Source: Octopus bimaculoides
Lineage: Eukaryota
Direction: 5' to 3'
Assembly (NCBI RefSeq): GCF_001194135.2
Contig: NC_068991.1
Location: forward strand, 50,511,112 to 50,553,956
DNA: 42,845 bases
Part shown: positions 35,240-42,845 of the stretch, one piece after another
Layout: every line of letters begins with the position of its first letter
Numbering within the stretch: the stretch's first letter is position 1
The notes under the pieces: model-generated
What the model was told of the DNA's origin: nothing
The model's input: the letters and a program-made list of their open reading frames with translations, nothing else
Databases searched by the model: none
Position numbers and translations under genes: made by a program

Positions 35240-36050
35240 GGACAGCTCTTCTGTAACACCACGTACAGTACACCAGACAGTACACTCATGTTTCATCTCC
35301 TTGAGATGCTGCATATTCAGATCAGCCTTCACAATTTATCCCAAGCCTTCTTGGTCTCCCTCTTTCAAAGGTTCCTCCAACATGGAAAAACTCAATTCCT
35401 TACATGACAACCATCCTCCATAAACATAACATACCTGTATTAGTGTAGCCTTCTATCTAGTACACTACACCTGATTTCTCGTAGGCCCAGTTTTTTTCTC
35501 TAACCTTATGAGGTTAGGTGTTCATGCATGCTTAATACTCTGGCATTGGAACATGCTGGCTTCATTTATTTCTGGTCTTTGACCCATATTAAAATATTCT
35601 TAAGACATATTGACCCATTCTACCATGCAGAATCGCAGTTCTAACACAAGTGTCATACAATCTGAGGAAGAAGACCTTTGGTTACTATACTTTCTGAGTA
35701 ACCACCCTCCCTGCAAATTATGTCTCCAAGATAGAAGTTTTTGGTTACTTCTAGTGAGCTATTCCAAGCATTTAAGGGAATCTATTTCCAATGTGCTCAC
35801 GATAGGTCTCCTCCAGTGCACCTATCACATAGGAAGCTTATATTCTCAGTCTGCCAAAGATTCCACTACATCTCTTATGTCCAAACTTACACCGAGTACA
35901 ACATATAGAGTTTATGCCTACGCCTTTTCTGCAGATTGCACAAGGCCAATATTCTGGATTACACCAAAGTCCTGTCTTCTTTCCTATTTACTGAAATCTT
36001 AGTCTTTACTAAATTTACATTCAGGTCTTTCAATTCCGGGTTTAACTTCT
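35240..36050 (-). mobile_element. RTE LINE fragment with PHD-type Cys/His cluster inside the RT region
   Basis: Minus strand: LNVNLVKTKIS ... WPCAICRKGVGINSICCTRCKFGHKRCSGIFGRL / FLCDRCTG ... then GTFERGRPR..WD..VKADL C-terminus; degenerate. Confidence 0.75.
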
Positions 36051-36900
36051 ATGCTTGATTTATAAAACTCTATTAAACCTGACACCAAAAAAACGACTGC
36101 AGAAAATATTCACTATATTATCTCAATGATATCTTACATAAAAAAAAAATAATAAATAATATTTACTTGCATGGCGCCAGAAAACAAACTGCATAAGAGG
36201 TACAGCATCGGGACTGACGGAAACACATTTTCTAAATATTCAAATTACTCTAATGGTTTTATTTTGACGGACTATAAGTCCTATTATTTTTAACAAGCTT
36301 ATTCAATCTGCTTGTGTAGCTAAAACGCATTTACAGTGATGCCAGAAAGATGGAGAGGACAAAAATTCATCCCTACACAGTTTGGCCGAAACTAAATTAT
36401 GTTACTCTGATGCTTCTAACAATTGGTAGCCCTGCTGTATCTATTTTAGAAGTAACCTGAACAGCATGTGAAGCAGGAGGAGGTACAGCACTCCTTTATT
36501 ATACATAAAATGAGAGGATAGGCATTTCTTTGTCCTGACTCTCATGATATATATATTTACTTATATTATTGTATAGACAGTAAACGAATTAATGAGTAAA
36601 TATCAAAATATTCTTAAGATTATTTCCAACAACCATTTCACACAGCTCTAACCTCTAATTTCGCCAACATATATTAGCAAATAGTTGTTGCGAGGAACTC
36701 ATCAAGTCTGAGATATGCAGTGATAGAAGCGTGAAGAACCAAGCACGTGTGTAACTATATCAATGTCTAAATTGTGTGTATGTGTGAAAGAGAGACATGT
36801 AATTGAATAGGGCCAGGTGGTGGGAGAGAGGGGAGTTGGTTGTTTTAAACATGAGACAAGCTTTTCTATTTTATCTCTATCGACAAACTGATAAGGGTAT

Positions 36901-36933
<33 letters not shown>

Positions 36934-38465
36934 GTAACGTAGCAACAGTAGAATGTGACTAATTCACAATTAACAATAATTATTGGATTTCAACTACGTA
37001 TGAAATTAAAACTAAATCGTTAGAATACGTTCAAAAGAACCAAACAGTATTTATTGTAAAACATAGAATATAAATTCCTTGACAGTGTTTTTAGATTTTT
37101 AAACTAGAATCAGAAGAAAGCTTATAAAATTACACGCACATACACGCGTGTATGTGTGTTAACGTGTAAATGTGAATGAAGCGGAATACAGATTGATAAA
37201 GATGGGTTTTTTGTTTATTTTTTTTTAAGAAATTGATCTTAGATTCGTCAATTACAAATTCTTCAGTAAAGTGAACTAATAAAATGAAGAACTCGACGCC
37301 CTTGGGAGAGGAATCAAGGTGATGCATAAAATAGTTGGGATATGATGATCATTGCCAGAAATGAGCACTCCTTTTTAAAACAGTCACAGACAGACATAAA
37401 TATGCTTTAATTTATTTATTAGTTGGATTCATGGCAAGATAATAATAATAATAATAATCCTTTCTATTTTTTAATGATAATAATAACAATAATAGTAATA
37501 GTAATAAATGAGTGTTGAGGCTAAAGAGATTATAAACTAAATCGATTAATATCCCCCGCTGCTCTAAAATCTCCACTGACCTCGACTATATTATCATTAA
37601 ATCTGTTCTGGTTTCTTTTGTGTCGTTTTGTAAATTTTTTTGGGGGTGAACGTAAACTACTTTTAAATTAAAATTATTGACAGCAAACACAGTGTTTTGA
37701 TATGAAAGTAATATTCAACTGTTTTCGTTTTGGTCTATTTAATTTGTCTTTAAAAAGTTGCTCAACTTGAATTGAAAATAAAATCCGGCTTCAAATGGTC
37801 TAACACACACACATGCACATATATATGTAAATATATATACCCAAACATACACATTACACATGCGTGTATATATAAGTATATATATATATATATGTATATA
37901 TTATATATACACACACATTTATACAAACGCTTAAAGCATCCACATATATTCAGTTTTAAAAGCTGCACATATATATACGTGTGTGTATGTGAGGGTAATT
38001 GTTCTGTGTGTGCGCGCGCAACACTTAGAGAAGTGAAAAAAACGGTCAAGTAAAATTCATCAGACAGAAATTTATCCAGAACGAATGAATTAAAGGTTTA
38101 AGATAAGACAATATTTCGTCAATGGATCTAAAATCAAATGTGTCACTTTCAGTTTTGCAAGTCTGTCTGTAGTGGTGGGCATCATCAGTAACAAATAATA
38201 ATAATAATAATGTGTGGAGGATAAAGAGTTGTTTATCCAAATAAAGGAATCAAGCAGGAAGAAGGACTAAATATATAAATATGTTATATCTCTCTGGTTG
38301 TGTGTGATGAGAAAGAACCAGCACCAACCATTAAATAATGGAATGTCAATTAATTAGTTTGAAATAAACAGAAATTAAAATATTTTAACATTTCTAGTGG
38401 ATTAAAAGGAAACGAAAGAGAGGAGAAATAAAACAATGGTAAAAAAAAAATATGGTTTTCTTTAC

Positions 38466-38468
38466 CAT
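38466..38468 (-). CDS. CFL: Cofilin ATG-only first coding exon (start codon)
   Basis: Minus strand reads ...caacgctatcaaaATG|GTAAAG: A at -3, followed directly by a GT donor in phase 0, as exon 2 requires (giving MSSGV). Lies in a CpG-retaining region. An intron straight after the start codon is a known feature of many ADF/cofilin genes. Confidence 0.72.
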
Positions 38469-38600
38469 TTTGATAGCGTTGTAGAGTTTGAAGCTTCTCT
38501 GCAAGTCTGGTTGTTTCACAGCTGGGGAAGAGACGGAGGCCGAGAGCTAAATTAACAACAACCGGCACCGCTTTACAATAACACCACCACCAGCATCAAC
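38469..38600 (-). other. Probable 5' UTR of the cofilin ATG exon (5' limit uncertain)
   Basis: GC- and CpG-richer, non-repetitive sequence upstream of the ATG. The pyrimidine run ctctcggcctccgtctcttccccag (about 38522-38546) could be a pyrimidine-type initiator or a splice acceptor for a further non-coding exon. Confidence 0.45.
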
Positions 38601-38639
38601 AACGGCGACACACCAATGAAAAGACGGGGGTGGTGATAG

Positions 38640-39420
38640 ATAGACAGAGAGTGAAGGGGAGAGAAAGAGAGTGTAAGAGGATAGAGAGAGAAAAAGGGGA
38701 GGAGGAGGAGAACGATACCGCAAAGGGAAGTGAAAGACAGGGAGAGAGAATCTAAAGGATAAAGAATAATAGAAAGAGGGGGGAGGAAAAGAACGATAGA
38801 GTAAGAGTAATGAGAGAGGGAGAGACAGATAAAGAACAATGAGAGAGAAAGACGAAAAGAAAGCTAGAAAAGAATAGACAGAAAAGGGAAAAGAAAAAAG
38901 CGATGCAGTAAAAGTAATGAGAGAGAGAGAGACAGAGTGAGAGGAGGAAAATGACCTAGTAAAAGTTATTGAAAGAGGGAGAGAGACTTAGAGAATGATA
39001 GAAAGAGGGGGAGTGTAGAAAAATATAGTGCAAAGATAACTGAGAGGGAGTGTGAGAGAATAAAATAGAAAATAATACAGAAAGTGCGATAGGTCAAGTG
39101 GAGAGTGAGAGAAGAAAAAACAAGAAAGGGAGGTGTAAGGATAAATAAAAGCATGACAACGAAAGAGGGAGGGAAAAAGCTGGAGAAGGTTAACGAAGGG
39201 GAGAAACGCAAGAAAGGAAGAGATAATGAGAAAGAAGGAAGTGTGAGTAGAGGTCAGAGAGATTAAAAAAAGAAACAAGAATAGAAAGCGAGAGTATGGG
39301 AGAGGAGAGTGAGAAAAAATTCGAAAATGGGAAGGGGAATAGAGAGAGAAAGAGAGAGAGAAAAAATTCGAAAACGAGGGAGGGGATAGAGAGAGAGAAA
39401 GTAAGTAAAATAAGACGATG
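38640..39420. repeat. Purine-rich (GA) low-complexity tract upstream of the cofilin ATG exon
   Basis: Almost only A and G on the plus strand over about 780 bp, with (GA)n patches. A similar tract lies at about 34560-35150. Confidence 0.85.
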
Positions 39421-40655
39421 ATCATGAAAAGAGAAGTTATTCTTCCGCTACAAGAAAATAATTCTCCACTGAAATCACTATTTTCTCTCTCATATAATTG
39501 TATAATATCGATCTAAGAACATCATTTCACACGTTAGAAATCAAACTCAGTTTCGGAGAATATTTTATGTGTATTCTACGTATGTATATGACGACGACCG
39601 TATGTCTGCGCGATTATATATACATACACACGCCTATGCTCTCTTTAGATTCTTATACGCACTCAAATGTCATTATATCAATATTTAATTGTCATACATA
39701 TTTGTATATCCGTCCATGTCTGTTACTTTGAACACGGGAGTGCACATAATTGATGCGTATAATATACAAGTGTGTGTGTGTATACATATATATACATACA
39801 CATACATATATATAAACGTATCTGTATGTACTTCATGTGTATACGAACGTGTATGTGTGTGTGGATGCATGCTGATGTATGTGTGTGTGTCTGCGAATGT
39901 GCCTGCGCGCGCGTATGTATGTTTCTGTATGAAGCTGTATGTGTGAGTAGATGGAGGAGGAGATGTCAGTCATCATTTTGGCAATGCGTTCTTCTCTTCT
40001 CTTCAGTATATTCTCACCATTACACAGTAGCGTTGGAATGACTCAGACGCAGCCTTACCAAATTTGGTGAATTTTCGTCAACATGTAGAGAGAAAGGCTT
40101 ATTCCTCATTATTTAGTTGAATAAAGACAGAACGCCTATTTTCAGGGCAGCTGGGTCACATACCAAGGATGTGTAAGGGTCTTTTCCTTGATAATCTTCA
40201 GACTCCCTAACTTTAAAGATGGGGGTCTTAGATGTATAAACTGGAATGTGTAAACGTCAATGTATTTATTGTCTTCAATTATTTCGCTACTTTTTACTAT
40301 GGAACCTCTGACTTTTTTAATTGCTCTTTTCCATTAAGAAATCAACTGTAATTCCATTCACAACTATGGTGCATTATAACAAAATATATGTTACGATAAA
40401 GTACTTCTCTGGACGCGTGAACAGGGTAGCGATTTGGTCAATGTTTATTTTTAACAAAATATGTGATGTCGCTACTACGAACGACAAAACAATCGATTCC
40501 TATGTGTATGAGACTGTTAAATACACCTGGTGTCTGTGTGTGTGTGCGCGCGCATGTGGTGTATACATGTATGTATGAAGGCATGTACACAATATGTATA
40601 TGTATCTATATATGTGTGTGTGTGTGTAGTTTGATGTTCGGGAAAATGAGAAAGT

Positions 40656-40691
40656 CTTTTACGTTTCGAGCCTACGCTCTTCAACAGAAAG
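40656..40691 (-). ncRNA. Variant minimal hammerhead motif (CUGUUGA core), young copy
   Basis: Minus strand: cttt CTGTTGA a gagc gtag gctc GAAA cg TA aaag. Stem I 4 bp, stem II 4 bp, stem III is the palindrome ACGT. Confidence 0.5.
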
Positions 40692-40925
40692 GAATGTGAG
40701 GAAATAAACACAGAGAGAATAAAAAAAAAACTTTGGGATTTAGCGATCAATCATGGCGACTGGTTCGGAAAAAATAGTTTGACATGCGTGAGTCGTCTAA
40801 GAGACCATAAGTCAGGGAGAAGATGCACTCGTATAACTATCAGTAGAGTGGGTTTATTATCCGAGCTTTATTAAGTATCCATCACGGCTGGTCTTACCAA
40901 TCGGTTTCGTGTAAAGAACACAATA

Positions 40926-41003
40926 GAGTGTTAGGTAACAATCCTCTGCGCTCATCAGAGGTAGCCAATATGGAAGGGAATATGATTATCATTTTCCCTT
41001 TGC

Positions 41004-41044
<41 letters not shown>

Positions 41045-41380
41045 NNNNNNNNNNNNNNNNNNNNNNNNNNNNNNNNNNNNNNNNNNNNNNNNNNNNNNNN
41101 NNNNNNNNNNNNNNNNNNNNNNNNNNNNNNNNNNNNNNNNNNNNNNNNNNNNNNNNNNNNNNNNNNNNNNNNNNNNNNNNNNNNNNNNNNNNNNNNNNNN
41201 NNNNNNNNNNNNNNNNNNNNNNNNNNNNNNNNNNNNNNNNNNNNNNNNNNNNNNNNNNNNNNNNNNNNNNNNNNNNNNNNNNNNNNNNNNNNNNNNNNNN
41301 NNNNNNNNNNNNNNNNNNNNNNNNNNNNNNNNCCATATTGGCTACCTCTGATGAGCGCAGAGGATTGTTACCTAACACTC
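40926..41380. repeat. Perfect 48 bp inverted repeat flanking a gap
   Basis: 40926-40973 is the exact reverse complement of 41333-41380. The right arm begins at the first base after the N run. Confidence 0.9.
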
Positions 41381-41436
41381 ATATATATATATATATATAT
41401 GAAGAAAAGAAAATTGAGAGTAGGAAGTTAACAATT

Positions 41437-41641
41437 TACTCTTTTACTCTTTACTTGTTTCAGTCATTTGACTGGCCATGCTGGAGCACCGCCTTTAGTC
41501 GAGCGAATCGACCCCAGGACTTATTCTTTGTAAGCCTAGTACTTATTCTATCAGTCTCTTTTGCTGAACCGCTAAGTTACGGGGACGTAAACACACCAGC
41601 ATCGGTTGTCAAGCGATGTTGGGGGGGGGACACAAACACAA

Positions 41642-41676
<35 letters not shown>

Positions 41677-41680
41677 AACC
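41437..41680 (-). mobile_element. SINE family A, 3' half, young
   Basis: tactctttacttgtttcagtc...ggagcaccgccttt...cgaccccaggacttattc...ccgctaagttacggggacgtaaac...ggttgtcaagc; CpGs retained. Confidence 0.85.
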
Positions 41681-42025
41681 AAGAGAGAAGATGGAGATAA
41701 GATTGATAAAAATCTATTAATACATTGATAAGACCTACAATTGTTTCAATTCATCGCTTATAGTGTAAAATTAATCAAATTTAATTTAATTAAATAATCT
41801 GGTTAATTATCATAAGCCAGAATTGCATCAGAGAAAAACGTACAAAGAAATTTATATATATCATATTGAAAACATAATGAAGACATTAAATAATCAAACA
41901 GGAAAAATACAGTTTTTTATAATAATAATATATATGTGTGTGCCTATATTATAAGGTATTCAACCAGTCTAATCTTGGATATTTCTAACCCTCCGATGTC
42001 TATATATCCTCACTTGTACTTTAAT

Positions 42026-42074
42026 CTATCTATCTATCTATCTATCTATGTATCTATGTATCTANNNNNNNNNN

Positions 42075-42117
<43 letters not shown>
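42026..42117. repeat. (TATC)n microsatellite spanning a 10 N gap
   Basis: Direct reading. Confidence 0.95.
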
Positions 42118-42605
42118 AGTCTTATCTAAATTTATATCTTCTGTATCAAACGAACCATATATTAATAAAACAAAATACTGATTCGTAAATAAACTCTAGG
42201 AACGACAGAAGTCTGAGGTTTTTTTATATATATTTTAAGCATATACTTACTTATTTGTTTTATGGTTATTCCCCTTTTTGCCACACTGCTGATAAATAAG
42301 AAAAATAAACACTGCGTTGCGTTGATGCTTTAGTCAAATTGAAATACTTAATGAGCTACGATTTCTTCGTATTTGAAGCAAGAACAGAAAAATAAAGACA
42401 AAACAAATAAAGAAAAATTAAATAAATAGAAATAAATACAACAGCGGAGAGAACCAAAGAGGAGGAGGGGGAGGAGGATTGGGGAAAGCGTATTGAAAAT
42501 GGTATCAAAGTACTAGCAGAATTAATGGCCTATGGGTACAACGGAAGTTCTAACAGACAGGAAATTAACTGTCGTGGAGTTTTGGGATGGCAGAAAAAAA
42601 AAAAC

Positions 42606-42630
42606 AATAATAATAATAACAACGAGGATA

Positions 42631-42693
<63 letters not shown>

Positions 42694-42712
42694 GTAATAG
42701 TAATAGTAATAA
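42606..42712. repeat. (AAT)n microsatellite grading into (AGTAAT)n
   Basis: Direct reading. Explains the poly-N and poly-I ORFs. Confidence 0.95.
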
Positions 42713-42845
42713 TAGTTGTCATAGTCATAGTAATGTTAATAGAGATGACTGGAAGTAAGGTTAATGATGGTAAATGTAATAGTGTACGTAAGAAATTGAT
42801 AGAAATAAAACTTGTAGTTGGTGTAGTCACCTGTTTTTTGTATTT

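Larger units (their letters stand above)
722..38465 (-). other. Cofilin intron 1 (37,744 nt including gaps), GT-AG
   Basis: Defined by the donor at 38465-38464 and the acceptor at 723-722; depends on the exon 1 assignment. No other convincing host exon was seen inside. Confidence 0.65.

Noticed and set aside
37137-37156. 20 bp perfect palindrome cacatacacgcgtgtatgtg
   Set aside because: Expected by-product of abutting (CA)n and (TG)n microsatellite decay.
40752-40793. Plus-strand ATGGCG...GC|GTGAGT as the first exon of a divergent gene
   Set aside because: In-frame stop after 9 codons, adjoins a repeat, and no downstream exon is evident.
41341-41365. CTGATGA in the gap-flanking repeat as a hammerhead
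   Set aside because: No GAAA or stem III follows; it forms only a local cctctg/cagagg hairpin.
1-42845. CRISPR arrays, rRNA, intact tRNA genes, prokaryotic operons
   Set aside because: None seen. The sequence is eukaryotic, and the tRNA-like segments are SINE heads without full cloverleafs.

Overview
AT-rich, repeat-dense eukaryotic genomic DNA from a draft assembly with five N-gaps. The repeat families (tRNA-headed SINEs, RTE LINE tails ending in (GAT)n, piggyBac-type MITEs, Penelope-like termini) look like those of a coleoid cephalopod, probably Octopus; the taxon is inferred, not verified. The only host gene I can support is a minus-strand cofilin/ADF gene. Its ATG-only coding exon is at 38466-38468 (aaaATG|GTAAAG). 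A 37.7 kb intron follows, then exon 2 at 721-586 (SSGVTVAEEVLDAFQDIKLKHKHRYVIFRLSPDLTKIVVEERADK). The remaining exons lie left of the window. The intron holds a full-length dead mariner, an internally deleted mariner with a micro-inversion, several RTE LINE fragments (one keeps a PHD-type finger inside the RT), a probable LTR-retrotransposon gag relic, hAT and piggyBac MITEs, and many SINEs. The most interesting signal is a set of hammerhead-ribozyme (HHR) motifs and fold-back structures tied to Penelope-like termini: a near-canonical GUC HHR at 32350-32392 (+), a GUA HHR with a long stem II loop at 12662-12742 (-), two copies of a CUGUNGA (A6-to-U) variant at 17173-17208 and 40656-40691 (-), and decayed copies near 26.2-26.5 kb. 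Nearly all ORFs in the supplied track are spurious (microsatellites, gaps, TE pieces). All alignments, folds and counts were done by eye. SINE and LINE boundaries are approximate, and family labels A, B and D are my own.
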